From contig BPJB01000001.1 of assembly GCA_026004395.1 (NCBI GenBank), positions 263,343 to 327,342 on the forward strand: a stretch of 64,000 nt of DNA. Direction: 5' to 3'. Shown piece by piece: positions 10,124-21,141 of this stretch (its first letter is position 1; each line of letters opens with the position of its first letter). The DNA is from Patescibacteria group bacterium. GTDB lineage: Bacteria > Patescibacteriota > Microgenomatia > Levybacterales > UBA12049. Made by a program: the position numbers and the translations under genes. Under the pieces are notes generated by a model. The model was not told the origin of the DNA and did no database searches. It saw only the letters and a program-made list of their open reading frames with translations.

Positions 10124-11683
10124 ATGACTAATTCAGAAAAAATTAGACCCGGATCCAAAGAACACTCATCTTCAAACACTCTGCCACAAACCATTGAGAG
10201 GATAGCAAATCTTATCAATGGCAAGGTAGCAGAGGGTGAGGATCCTCGTACTCTTTGGGTAGAGGGAAAGACAAAAGGAGAATCGTTTCGTAAGCAATAC
10301 GAGGAAGCAGCTCTTGCTAAATCAGAGTTAGAGAGAATATATACAATTAAAAGATTAGGTGAGTGGATAAAAGAAGATGAAAAATCCTCAAATCCTTTAT
10401 TGTCTCAAGTGGCAGATGCGTGTATAAAATTGTGGGACAGTGTAAAATCTCCTGGTCATCCCGGACATGACAAAAGACATGTTATGGAGGATCTTAAAGC
10501 AGGGATAAGTTTAAGACGAGATCTTGTTGATTCGGGAAGTACAATAGTAGGAGCTTATCAGAAGATATCTTTGATTAGTTCGATGATGCATGATTTTGGA
10601 AGACTGGCTGAAGTACAAGCAACAGGGAAAGTAGCAGGAGCAGATGAAGGAAGAGAACATCCTAAAGCATCCTACTATATTTTGGATTCTATTCTTCAAC
10701 ATTTCCCACAAATTCCTCAACAAATTCGTGATGATCTTTGTTATGCAGTCATTGTCCATCAGGACTGGCTTAGTGACAAGAATGCTCCTAATTACAATTT
10801 GATAATGAATGGTCTACTTGAAAGATCGACTGCCAGCGCTGATAGGCAGCAGTTATTAGGACCTGAGGGGATAACCCGTTTTTTCCAGTATGATGTGGGC
10901 ATGAGTGATCGTGAGATTGCTGCAGCAGCTGATGAGAGTCGTAAAATCAAGTTAGATCCAAGACAGAAACCACCTCTTGCTCTACCTCACCATGTTGAGT
11001 ACTATATGCGAACGCATAGACCTACATATCTACCACTTCTGCCTTTAAAAGAGGAGTGGCCGGAAGATTTAAAGAGATGGATAAAAGAAGAGAATATTGC
11101 TATTGAACGCACGAATGAGCGGATAAATATGAGAACTAGATGGCTTGAGTCAGTATCAGGAGTTTTTCTCTATCTTGGATGGCCGCATCTTCGAGAAGAA
11201 ATTTTTGCACCCGAGTTAGAAATTGAGAGAAGAGAATCTCAAAATTCCGGCAGTGGACAGCAGTGGAGAAAAGAAAATGAGGAAGTTTATGCCAAAAATG
11301 AAAAGAACTTTTTGCATCCAGATACCTGGTCTATGATTAAACAACAGCTTCAGGATATCTCAAAAGATGGAACAGAACTTAACAAAAAAGTTAAAGCTCG
11401 AAAAGCGAATAAATCATTGGAACAGTTAGTAAAAGATTTAGTGAGCGCTCCCCATGCAGCTGTACAGAATGATGAGCTAGCCAATATTATGAAAAAACTC
11501 TCACAAGTTACAACTCCTGCTAACAGAGAAGGGTTAACTACGGCTATTGCTTATGCATTAGTCATGAGAGATGATTTGTCAGGATATCATAACTCAGTAG
11601 TACGCAGTATAAAAGGGAATACAGAGTTATATCCTTCTAAAAGTCTTGAGCGCAAAATTGCAGATTTCGTCAGTAGGCCTTAA
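10124..11683 (+). CDS. HD-superfamily phosphohydrolase-like orphan
   Basis: GHDKRH...MMHDFGR...H...VIVHQ...ADRQQLLGPEGITRF matches the H..HD..H..D layout; long unassigned extensions. Confidence 0.65.
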   Translation: MTNSEKIRPGSKEHSSSNTLPQTIERIANLINGKVAEGEDPRTLWVEGKTKGESFRKQYEEAALAKSELERIYTIKRLGEWIKEDEKSSNPLLSQVADACIKLWDSVKSPGHPGHDKRHVMEDLKAGISLRRDLVDSGSTIVGAYQKISLISSMMHDFGRLAEVQATGKVAGADEGREHPKASYYILDSILQHFPQIPQQIRDDLCYAVIVHQDWLSDKNAPNYNLIMNGLLERSTASADRQQLLGPEGITRFFQYDVGMSDREIAAAADESRKIKLDPRQKPPLALPHHVEYYMRTHRPTYLPLLPLKEEWPEDLKRWIKEENIAIERTNERINMRTRWLESVSGVFLYLGWPHLREEIFAPELEIERRESQNSGSGQQWRKENEEVYAKNEKNFLHPDTWSMIKQQLQDISKDGTELNKKVKARKANKSLEQLVKDLVSAPHAAVQNDELANIMKKLSQVTTPANREGLTTAIAYALVMRDDLSGYHNSVVRSIKGNTELYPSKSLERKIADFVSRP

Positions 11684-11697
11684 AAAGTAAAGAAATT

Positions 11698-12651
11698 TTA
11701 GACTTCATCTTTAAATCTGTTAAGAATTTCCTTATCTGAGATAACAAATTTTGTTTTTAATATTTTTCTTTGAGATAGGATCTTGTTCAACTTCAGAAGT
11801 GCTTGAAAAAAACCCTTTACAAATAACCAATTTTTATTTTTCAATGCAACACCCAGATGATATGGTAAATAGAGTAAGTGGTTGAGAATCAATTCTTTAT
11901 CTGTAATGTTAAGCCATACAAAGAAAAATTGGTTGCGATATGTTGTCTGTATTACAAAGTCTGATTTTTTCATTTTTTTAATAGATCCTTTTTTGTGTTC
12001 GTGTATGACGCGTGATTTTTTTTCAACTTTTACCATGTATCCCATTTTTTGTGCTCTATAAGAGAGGTCAACGTCTTCCCAGTAAAATGGACTATAAAGC
12101 TCCTGCAATCCTCCCATCTCATCCCAAATTGCTTTCCTAAATGCTGCGCTTCCACAGTCTACCCATAGAGTATCATCTTTATTAAACTCACCATACTGAT
12201 GAAGAAGAAATCCCTTTTCCCATTTGCCAACACCTCTTCCACGCAAAATGTCAGATCCCTCGTCTTCGTCGCTATGATTAGCACATCCAACACCAAAGAT
12301 CTTAGGATTACTGAAATGGCTCAATAAAGGTTTGATGAATTCTTTCTCTGGTCGCACATCACTTCCTAGTAAAATAACGATCTCACCTTTTGCTGCTCTG
12401 ACACCTCGGTTGGCATTTACAGCAAATCCACCATTGAACGAGTTTTCTATGATAACAAATGGGATAGAGATTTTCTCCTGTAATGATTTTAGATATGCGA
12501 TGGTGTTGTCAGATGAGTGGTTATCCGTGACGATTAGTTCAACATTTTTTTTGGTTTTATCGTAATATTCAAGCGCTTCTACGACGTATGGCAGATTTTG
12601 TTGCAGTAACTCAACGACATTATATGTTGGGATAACAACACTAACAGTCAT
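11698..12651 (-). CDS. GT2 glycosyltransferase
   Basis: SVVIPTYN, TDNHSSD, NGGFAVNANRG, PFYWEDVDLSYRA. Confidence 0.9.
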   Translation of the reverse strand: MTVSVVIPTYNVVELLQQNLPYVVEALEYYDKTKKNVELIVTDNHSSDNTIAYLKSLQEKISIPFVIIENSFNGGFAVNANRGVRAAKGEIVILLGSDVRPEKEFIKPLLSHFSNPKIFGVGCANHSDEDEGSDILRGRGVGKWEKGFLLHQYGEFNKDDTLWVDCGSAAFRKAIWDEMGGLQELYSPFYWEDVDLSYRAQKMGYMVKVEKKSRVIHEHKKGSIKKMKKSDFVIQTTYRNQFFFVWLNITDKELILNHLLYLPYHLGVALKNKNWLFVKGFFQALLKLNKILSQRKILKTKFVISDKEILNRFKDEV

Positions 12652-12692
12652 AAAATATATTATACTCTTTTTTAATCATCTCATGATAGGTC

Positions 12693-13217
12693 TTACAAAA
12701 GTGGCCATGAAGTATCTTTGGGAGAGAGAATAGGATTTTTTATTGGCCACTGGATCGCAAGAGCAGGATCATCCCATCTGACTCCTCTTTCAAACTGCGG
12801 CGCATAATACTCAGAGACAAAATACTCAACAAGACAGTTGTCAGTTAAAGTCTGATATCCATGTGCAAAACCTTTTGGGATATATACTAGAGTATTATTA
12901 TCTTCCGTTAACTCTATACCCAACCACTTGCGATATGTAGGTGAGTCTTCTCTCATATCAACAGCTACATCATACACTCTTCCTTTTAAACATTGAAAAA
13001 TTTTTGCCTCTTCCTTAGGTGCAATTTGGAAATGAAGTCCGCGAATCGTTCCTTTTTTGTAAGTAAAACCTTGATTAATATGAACAATATTAAAATCTAT
13101 ACCATGCTTAGCAAGCTCTTCTTTTGCAAAAGTTCTTGCAAATGATCCTCTCTCATCGTTTCTTGGCTCGCGGGTGATAATATAAAGATCTTTTATTTCT
13201 GTTGGACGAATTATCAT
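12693..13217 (-). CDS. rfbC: NDP-4-keto-6-deoxyglucose 3,5-epimerase (RmlC/RfbC family)
   Basis: DERGSF, GTIRGLHFQ, DVAVDMREDSPT, YIPKGFAHGY, WDDP. Confidence 0.92.
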   Translation of the reverse strand: MIIRPTEIKDLYIITREPRNDERGSFARTFAKEELAKHGIDFNIVHINQGFTYKKGTIRGLHFQIAPKEEAKIFQCLKGRVYDVAVDMREDSPTYRKWLGIELTEDNNTLVYIPKGFAHGYQTLTDNCLVEYFVSEYYAPQFERGVRWDDPALAIQWPIKNPILSPKDTSWPLL

Positions 13218-13221
13218 TTGA

Positions 13222-14328
13222 TTAGCTGGCCCATGCAAGTTTTTTTTCTTTTGCTAGATTTGCATATTCTTCAATTTGGCTTATGGTATAGGAATAAATA
13301 TCGCTTTTTTTATTGTAAAACGTGTTATACCACTCACCAGTTAATCGTGCTGTTTCTTCAAAGTTGAGTGTTGGTTTCCACTGAAGGTAAAAAAGTGCTT
13401 TATCGTAGTTAAGTTTTAGAAGTCCTGCCTCATGAAATGTGGATTCTTGCTCAATAACAAATTTTTCTTCATGGTTATCTGCAAAACTCCAATATTGGCT
13501 GATTGCCTGTAATAGCTCCAATACAGTATGATTTTGATCAGAGTTCGGTCCAAAGTTAAAAGGCTCACCATGTATAGTATCTGGATTTTCTGTTAATATC
13601 TGTGCAGCCCTCAGGTATCCACTTAATGGTTCGAGTACATGCAACCAGGGTCTTGTAGAGTTGGGGTTGCGAACTTTAACTTTTTCACCTTGAGACCATG
13701 CTCTTACACAATCTGGGACGATTCTGCTTACAGCCCAGTCTCCTCCGCCTACAACATTACCAGCGCGTGTAGATACGAGTTTAATTTTGGATTTGGGATC
13801 TTTAAAGTAAGAATGATAATATGCTTTTATAACAAGTTCAGCTGCTCCTTTGGAGGCACTATAAGGATCTTTACCTCCTAAAGCATCAGTCTCGCGGTAG
13901 CCCCACACCCATTCAACATTATCGTATGATTTGTCACTTGTAATAATGACAGCTTTACATGGGTGATTTAGAGATCGCAGTGCTTCAAGAATATGAGCAG
14001 TTCCCATGATATTTGTCTTAAAAGTAGTAAGTGGATCAGCATAAGATACAGAGACTATTGGTTGTGCAGCTAAATGAAATACAAAGTCTGGTTGGACTTC
14101 CTTAAAGATCTGTTTTATTTTCTCAACATCACAGATATCTGCAAAATGATGATCAATTTTATCTGCAAGATGCAGCTCTTCAAAAAGTGACGGAGAAGTA
14201 GGAATATCTTTTGCTATTCCGACTATTTTTGCTCCAAGATAATGCAACCAAATGGTAAGCCATGCCCCTTTGAAGCCTGTATCACCTGTTATGATTACTT
14301 TTTTATCTCTAAAGACGTCATTGAACAT
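13222..14328 (-). CDS. rfbG: CDP-glucose 4,6-dehydratase
   Basis: ITGDTGFKGAWL, HLAAQPIV, TSDKSY, DPYSASKG, RAGNVVGGGDW, RPWLHVLEPLSGY. Confidence 0.93.
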   Translation of the reverse strand: MFNDVFRDKKVIITGDTGFKGAWLTIWLHYLGAKIVGIAKDIPTSPSLFEELHLADKIDHHFADICDVEKIKQIFKEVQPDFVFHLAAQPIVSVSYADPLTTFKTNIMGTAHILEALRSLNHPCKAVIITSDKSYDNVEWVWGYRETDALGGKDPYSASKGAAELVIKAYYHSYFKDPKSKIKLVSTRAGNVVGGGDWAVSRIVPDCVRAWSQGEKVKVRNPNSTRPWLHVLEPLSGYLRAAQILTENPDTIHGEPFNFGPNSDQNHTVLELLQAISQYWSFADNHEEKFVIEQESTFHEAGLLKLNYDKALFYLQWKPTLNFEETARLTGEWYNTFYNKKSDIYSYTISQIEEYANLAKEKKLAWAS

Positions 14329-14410
14329 ATATTAGTTTTTAAAAATAAATCAGAATCTACGAATGGAATTAATTTTCATGTTAGTTTTATTGAGAGTTTG
14401 ACGTCACTTT

Positions 14411-15190
14411 TTATTTCCAGACTTTCCAGGGGATTACTCCAGATTCCCACATGCTATTTAAGTCTTCAAGTTCTTTATGGGTATCAACTGATGCCCAGAA
14501 GCCTTCATGTTTGTAGAGTGATAATTGTTTTTCTGCAGCCAGTCTTTTTAATGCAGGATGTTCCATCTCACCGGGTCTGAGATAATTAAAAAATTCTCTC
14601 TTATAAACGCCAAATCCTCCATTGATCCAGTCAGACAACACAGGTTTCTCCTCAAAAGATTCGATTTTGTTATCTTCAACCAATTTGATTATGCCATACT
14701 TTGATCGAGGGTGAACACCAGTTATTGTTCCGATGGTATTTTGTTTTTTATGAAATGCTACCAGTGTATTAATATCAAGATCAGTTACTCCATCTCCATA
14801 TGTCCACATAAAATATTCATCTTTTTCTGGAATATACTTTGCACAACGTAAAATTCTTTCTCCAATTAGAGTCTCAAGTCCAGTATCAACAAATGTAATA
14901 TTGAAATCATCAATTTCTGATCTACTTTCTAAATAATATTTTATTTTATGAGTTTTGGTATTCAATTTGAAATCTGAGGTATAGGCTTTCTGATTAAGAA
15001 AATACTGTTTAATATATTCTGCTTTATATCCTAAGGCAAGAATAAAATCGTTGTATCCATAGTGGGCATATATTTTCATAATATGCCAGAGGATAGGTTT
15101 GCCTCCGATATTGACCATGGGTTTGGGTTTGAACTCTGTTTCTTCTTTTAATCTAGTTCCTCGACCACCGCAGAGAATAATTACTTTCAT
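14411..15190 (-). CDS. rfbF: Glucose-1-phosphate cytidylyltransferase
   Basis: ILCGGRGTRLKEETEFKPKPMV, PILWHIMKIY, VDTG, TYGDG, WINGGF, HEGFW..DT. Confidence 0.92.
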   Translation of the reverse strand: MKVIILCGGRGTRLKEETEFKPKPMVNIGGKPILWHIMKIYAHYGYNDFILALGYKAEYIKQYFLNQKAYTSDFKLNTKTHKIKYYLESRSEIDDFNITFVDTGLETLIGERILRCAKYIPEKDEYFMWTYGDGVTDLDINTLVAFHKKQNTIGTITGVHPRSKYGIIKLVEDNKIESFEEKPVLSDWINGGFGVYKREFFNYLRPGEMEHPALKRLAAEKQLSLYKHEGFWASVDTHKELEDLNSMWESGVIPWKVWK

Positions 15191-15321
15191 AATGAAATTT
15201 TTTTCATTACCTATTAATACTTTGGTAATAGTATAGCCAAATTTTATCAAAAAATAAAGAAGAGGTACTTCTTTTATCACTGATCATAAGTCTTTTGTAG
15301 AGTCATGTCAATAATAAAACT

Positions 15322-15876
15322 CTACTTAGTGTAATGATTAATAAAGTAGTTAGCAGCTATTTTAATTGGAATGATCTGATGGTTGATAAAATTTCTCATC
15401 TTGGGAAGATCATCAATGGCTGCCCATATTGCACCACTTGGAAGTTTAGCGTTTTTTGCAATTGCTCCAAGATAGATGTGTACAGCTTCAGGTCCCCTTT
15501 GAGTCATATATTGTGCGACACCTACAAACTCCGGTGTTCTTAAGTAGGATGTTTGTATCTCATATTTTTGAATTCGTTCCAAAGGACCATTCATAGGTGT
15601 ATTATCATCTCGAAAATAGTCCATACGGCGAAGTGTTTGACCAGGTAGATGAAGAAATCCAGGCCAAACTATGTCATCTGGAGGTCGGGGAATAAGAAGT
15701 ACCTCAAGAGTTTTGTCTCTTTTGCGAATTATGACCATTTCAACGGTCGGCTGAGGAAGCATCCAAGCTAATCTCGTAAAAAGCGCGTCTGAGAGTGTCC
15801 CACCCTTCCATTTTTTGAGAAGAGCAATAACTTTCTCATCATCTCCTGGATCGAAGCCATCAGTCTGTCTGTTCAT
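15322..15876 (-). CDS. Degenerate Nudix-fold protein (GDP-mannose hydrolase-like)
   Basis: PTVEMVII..EVLLIPR..WPG.LHLPG....LERI...EI resembles a Nudix fold with an eroded Nudix box; in NDP-sugar cluster. Confidence 0.5.
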   Translation of the reverse strand: MNRQTDGFDPGDDEKVIALLKKWKGGTLSDALFTRLAWMLPQPTVEMVIIRKRDKTLEVLLIPRPPDDIVWPGFLHLPGQTLRRMDYFRDDNTPMNGPLERIQKYEIQTSYLRTPEFVGVAQYMTQRGPEAVHIYLGAIAKNAKLPSGAIWAAIDDLPKMRNFINHQIIPIKIAANYFINHYTK

Positions 15877-15879
15877 AAT

Positions 15880-16749
15880 TTATGCTAATAATTCTTGTGG
15901 TATTTCATCTAGAGCTTCCTCAAGAGTATGTAATTTAATACCCAGTTGATTAAGAGTGTCGTTGAATAGCGCTGTATTTTTAGCACGGGGGGCACGATCC
16001 TTGAAAAACTCAGCACGTGTTGTAGGACTTACTAAATTTTTATCAAAACCTAGCTTATCAGCAATTTTTTGTGCAATTTCAAATCCACTGAGTTTTTCTC
16101 CGCTTGTTCCGTGAATAACTCCTGTGAGATTTCTCTCAATGATCACATTTATAACAGTAGCAATATCATCAATATATGTTGGGGTATAGTAACAGTCAGC
16201 AACAGATGAAAAAGGTTTTCCCTCTTTCAGAAGTCGTATAAATAATCTTACATAATCACCCTTTTCAGCATTAAAAGTATAGGGATAGGCAATACGAAGA
16301 ATTGTTGCATCCGATATAATATTTTTTATTAGTTTTTCTCCTTCTAACTTTGTCTCTCCATAAAAATTAACAGGCGATGGATTGTCTTTTTCATGATAAA
16401 AATCTTGTTCATTCTTCCCAAAGACCATATCAGTGGAGATATAAATCAATTTTTTGTCAAATTTTTTGGCAGCCTGAGCAATATTTGCTGATCCTTGAAC
16501 ATTTGTCTTCCAAACCTCACTATCTTGCCCATATATTTTTTGTTTTTCAGCTTCATCAACATTAGTATAGGCTGCAAGATGTAGTATAATCTCACAATTA
16601 ATTTGAGAAATGCTATCCATTACTACATCTTGATTTGTAATATCAAAACCTTCTTCTCTTAAAAGAGGAATAATTTTGTGTTTTCTCTGGAGTAAAGGAG
16701 TAATCTTCCCTCCAATAAATCCATTACTTCCCGAAACCGCAATTGTCAT
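15880..16749 (-). CDS. rfbD: NDP-4-dehydrorhamnose reductase (RmlD/RfbD family)
   Basis: GSNGFIG, HLAAYTNVDEAE, YISTDMVF, PVNFYGETKLEGE, TPTY. Confidence 0.88.
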   Translation of the reverse strand: MTIAVSGSNGFIGGKITPLLQRKHKIIPLLREEGFDITNQDVVMDSISQINCEIILHLAAYTNVDEAEKQKIYGQDSEVWKTNVQGSANIAQAAKKFDKKLIYISTDMVFGKNEQDFYHEKDNPSPVNFYGETKLEGEKLIKNIISDATILRIAYPYTFNAEKGDYVRLFIRLLKEGKPFSSVADCYYTPTYIDDIATVINVIIERNLTGVIHGTSGEKLSGFEIAQKIADKLGFDKNLVSPTTRAEFFKDRAPRAKNTALFNDTLNQLGIKLHTLEEALDEIPQELLA

Positions 16750-16881
16750 AGATGGATGCACCTTATTTTTTCACAATAGTAAACTAATGTCAATTTGATA
16801 TTTATTGCTAAATCAATATTAAATCCTAGTTCTTATCTTTTGTTACTGAGAAAAAAATGCTATGATAATAAAGAATATAAT

Positions 16882-18177
16882 ATGACAATTACATTTATTG
16901 GACATGGTTATGTGGGGTTGGTAACCGCTGCTGTCTTTGCAGACTTAGGTAACAAAGTCTGGGTCATTGGTCATACACCAGAGAAAATTCATAATCTTCA
17001 AAAGGGAATAATTCCAATTTATGAACCGGGTCTTGAAGAGCTTGTAAAGCGTAATCTTGATGCAGAAAGATTACTTTTTACTCTTGATTATACTCCGGCA
17101 ATTCCTGAATCAGATGTGGTGTTTATTGCTGTAGGTACACCGCCGAAACCAACAGGTGAAGCAGATTTGTCTGTAGTTTTCGATGTTGCTAAAAAAATAG
17201 GAGAAAACATGGATGGCTATACTGTTGTTATTACCAAAAGCACAGTGCCTGTAGGAACTAATAGAAAAGTACAGAAAATTATTGCAGAGGTCAAACCTGA
17301 GAAAGCAATATTTGATATTGCCTCAGTGCCTGAATTTTTACGTGAAGGGCAAGCGATATCAGACACTCTTCATCCTGACAGAATTGTCATCGGCACTGAT
17401 TCTCCCAAAGCTAAAGAGCTTCTTGTAAGGTTACATTCACCTATTGATGGGCAGTTAGTACTAACTAATGTTGAGACAGCAGAAATGATCAAATACGCTG
17501 CCAATGCCTTCCTTGCTACAAAAATATCATTTGCCAATGCAATTGCTTATCTTTCAGAACAGGTGGGAGCAGAAGGACCAAAAGTTCTTGAGGCAGTAGG
17601 ATTAGATAATAGAATTGGCAAGGCATTTTTAAATGCTGGAGTTGGGTATGGTGGAAGCTGTTTTCCGAAAGATGTTAAGGCTTTGATTGCTATTGCGAAG
17701 GAATATGGTTATGATTTTGGACTTCTTAAGGAGGTAGAGGAGATTAATAAACAAGCGATGACAAGGACAGTAATCAAAGCTAAGAAGCTATTGGGAGATC
17801 TTAAGGGAAAGACTATTGCTATTCTTGGTCTTTCTTTTAAGCCTGATACTGATGATATGCGAGATGCTCCATCTATTGTTATCATCAATCATCTTCTTGA
17901 AAGTGGAGCAGTGATTAGAGCTTATGATCCAATAGCCATGGAGAATGCAAAACAGTTATTGGATAACAGCAAAATTACCTTTACTACGGATGCCTATCAT
18001 GCTGTTACAGGTGCTGATCTGTTAATTGTTGTCACTGAATGGAATGAGTTTAGGCAGCTTGACCTTAGTAGAGTAAAAAAGTTGATGAAACAGCCCAATA
18101 TAATTGATGGGAGAAATATTTATCTTCCTGAGATTGCGCGATCCCTTGGATTTAACTACTTGGGAGTTGGCAGATGA
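16882..18177 (+). CDS. ugd: UDP-glucose 6-dehydrogenase
   Basis: GHGYVG, AVGTP, KSTVPVGT, PEFLREG, GYGGSCFPKD, GLSFKPDTDDMRDAP. Confidence 0.95.
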   Translation: MTITFIGHGYVGLVTAAVFADLGNKVWVIGHTPEKIHNLQKGIIPIYEPGLEELVKRNLDAERLLFTLDYTPAIPESDVVFIAVGTPPKPTGEADLSVVFDVAKKIGENMDGYTVVITKSTVPVGTNRKVQKIIAEVKPEKAIFDIASVPEFLREGQAISDTLHPDRIVIGTDSPKAKELLVRLHSPIDGQLVLTNVETAEMIKYAANAFLATKISFANAIAYLSEQVGAEGPKVLEAVGLDNRIGKAFLNAGVGYGGSCFPKDVKALIAIAKEYGYDFGLLKEVEEINKQAMTRTVIKAKKLLGDLKGKTIAILGLSFKPDTDDMRDAPSIVIINHLLESGAVIRAYDPIAMENAKQLLDNSKITFTTDAYHAVTGADLLIVVTEWNEFRQLDLSRVKKLMKQPNIIDGRNIYLPEIARSLGFNYLGVGR

Positions 18178-19133
18178 AAAAGGTTTTGATCACCGGTGTT
18201 ACGGGTTTTGCTGGTTACCATCTTGCTAAATACCTAACCGATACAACAAAACATACAATTATTGGTACATATCATTCAGATTCAAGTCTGAGTCAATTAG
18301 CAGAGTTAAGAGATAGATTGCAATTTTATCGTATAGATCTTACTGATAAATCTTCTGTTTTTGATCTTATTGAGGAAATTAGACCAGATGAAATATATCA
18401 TCTTGCTGCTCAAACATCCACAACGGATAGTTTTAAAGATCCAGAGAAAACTTTACTGACGAACATCTTTCCAGAAGTATATATTTTTGAAGCTGTAAAG
18501 AAAGTTGGACTTTTTAATACTAGGATTCTTATAGTCTCAACATCTGAAGTTTACGGTCTGATAACACCTCATGATTTGCCAATTGATGAGGAGACGCCTT
18601 TTCGCCCACTGAACCCCTATGCAGTCTCCAAAGTAGCTCAAGACCTTCTTGGTTTGCAATATTTTTATGTAGATCAGCTGCAGATAGTAAGGGCACGTCC
18701 TTTTAATCATATAGGGCCTCGTCAGAAACCTAAATTTGTTCTCCCCATGTTTGCGAAGCAGATAGTTGAGATCGAGAAGGGTCAGAAAGAGCCTGTGTTA
18801 ATGGTTGGAAATCTCAAAGTAAAAAGAGATTTTACTGATGTAAGAGATATAGTAAGAGCATATGTTCTTTTGATGGAAAAGGGAGTTGCGGGTGATGTAT
18901 ATAATGTCGGCTCGGGAAAATCAATTGAGATTCAGGAGATTTTGGATATTCTTCTCTCCTTAACGAATAAAATTATAAAGGTAAAAGAGGATCCTCAGTT
19001 ATTTAGAAATATAGATATCATGGATATTGTCTGTGATAATTCTAAATTAATACAAATTACTGGATGGAAGCCGCAAATTTCTCTAAAAAGAACAATTTCA
19101 GATACACTAGACTATTTTCGTCAAGTCGTATAA
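18174..19133 (+). CDS. rmd: GDP-4-keto-6-deoxy-D-mannose reductase (Rmd-like SDR)
   Basis: ITGVTGFAG, PLNPYAVSK, RPFNHIGPRQ, GNL...RDFTDVRDIV; next to gmd. Confidence 0.8.
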   Translation: MKKVLITGVTGFAGYHLAKYLTDTTKHTIIGTYHSDSSLSQLAELRDRLQFYRIDLTDKSSVFDLIEEIRPDEIYHLAAQTSTTDSFKDPEKTLLTNIFPEVYIFEAVKKVGLFNTRILIVSTSEVYGLITPHDLPIDEETPFRPLNPYAVSKVAQDLLGLQYFYVDQLQIVRARPFNHIGPRQKPKFVLPMFAKQIVEIEKGQKEPVLMVGNLKVKRDFTDVRDIVRAYVLLMEKGVAGDVYNVGSGKSIEIQEILDILLSLTNKIIKVKEDPQLFRNIDIMDIVCDNSKLIQITGWKPQISLKRTISDTLDYFRQVV

Positions 19134-19138
19134 AATAA

Positions 19139-20134
<996 letters not shown>

Positions 20135-20184
20135 TTCTTCAACTCTACCTAGTCTATCTCGTAGATTCTTGATACAATATTTCT

Positions 20185-21141
20185 ATGATGAAAAAAGTAA
20201 TTGTTACTGGAGGTGCCGGCTTTATTGGTTCTCATCTCTGTGAACGCTTAATTCAGGATGGATATGAAGTAGTCTGTATTGACAATCTGCTAACAGGATC
20301 ACAAGAAAATATTAGCAGTCTACGCGACAACACACGATTCTCATTTTTTCATTATGATGTTAGCCGTCCTTTGCCTGATATTTCTTCAGTTGATGCTATT
20401 TTCCATCTTGCGTCTCCAGCATCCCCAAATAAACATAGCTCGCTTAGTTATCTTGCTCATCCATTAGAGACGATGCACGTTAATACACAGGGAACATTGT
20501 ATTTACTAGAGCTTGCTGAGAAGCACAAAGCTAAATTTTTATTTGCATCAACATCTGAAGTATATGGAGATCCTCTTGTTCATCCTCAAACAGAAGAATA
20601 TAGAGGTAATGTTTCAACAATTGGACCTCGCTCAGTTTATGATGAGTCAAAACGATTTGGAGAGACAATAACTGCTTATTTTTGGAGAGAGAGAGATGTT
20701 GATGCACGAATTGTTCGCATTTTTAACACATATGGTCCCAGAATGGCTAAAAAGGATATGAGAATGATATCCATGTTTGTTCTTCAAGCTCTTGAAGGCA
20801 AACCAATTACAATTTATGGAGATGGAACACAGACTAGATCTCTTTGTTTTATATCGGATCTTGTGGATGGACTTATGAGGTTGATGTTTTATCCTGATAC
20901 AAAAGGAGAGGTTGTGAATCTAGGATCAGAAGATGAGCATACAGTTCTTGAGTATGCTACTTTGGTTAAAGAACTTACTAATTCTTCAAGCGAAATTGTT
21001 TTCAGTGAAAAACTACCGACTGACGATCCAATGAAGAGGCGTCCAGATATCTCAAAAGCAAAAAAACTTTTGAATTGGGAGCCCAAAGTATCTCTTCGTG
21101 AAGGTCTTATGCACTTAATAAATTACTATAAACAACAATGA
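20185..21141 (+). CDS. UDP-glucuronate decarboxylase (UDP-xylose synthase)-like SDR
   Basis: HLASPASP, STSEVYGDP..HPQ.E.Y.GNV, GPRSVYDESKR, RIFNTYGPRM, DDP..RRPDI. Confidence 0.87.
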   Translation: MMKKVIVTGGAGFIGSHLCERLIQDGYEVVCIDNLLTGSQENISSLRDNTRFSFFHYDVSRPLPDISSVDAIFHLASPASPNKHSSLSYLAHPLETMHVNTQGTLYLLELAEKHKAKFLFASTSEVYGDPLVHPQTEEYRGNVSTIGPRSVYDESKRFGETITAYFWRERDVDARIVRIFNTYGPRMAKKDMRMISMFVLQALEGKPITIYGDGTQTRSLCFISDLVDGLMRLMFYPDTKGEVVNLGSEDEHTVLEYATLVKELTNSSSEIVFSEKLPTDDPMKRRPDISKAKKLLNWEPKVSLREGLMHLINYYKQQ

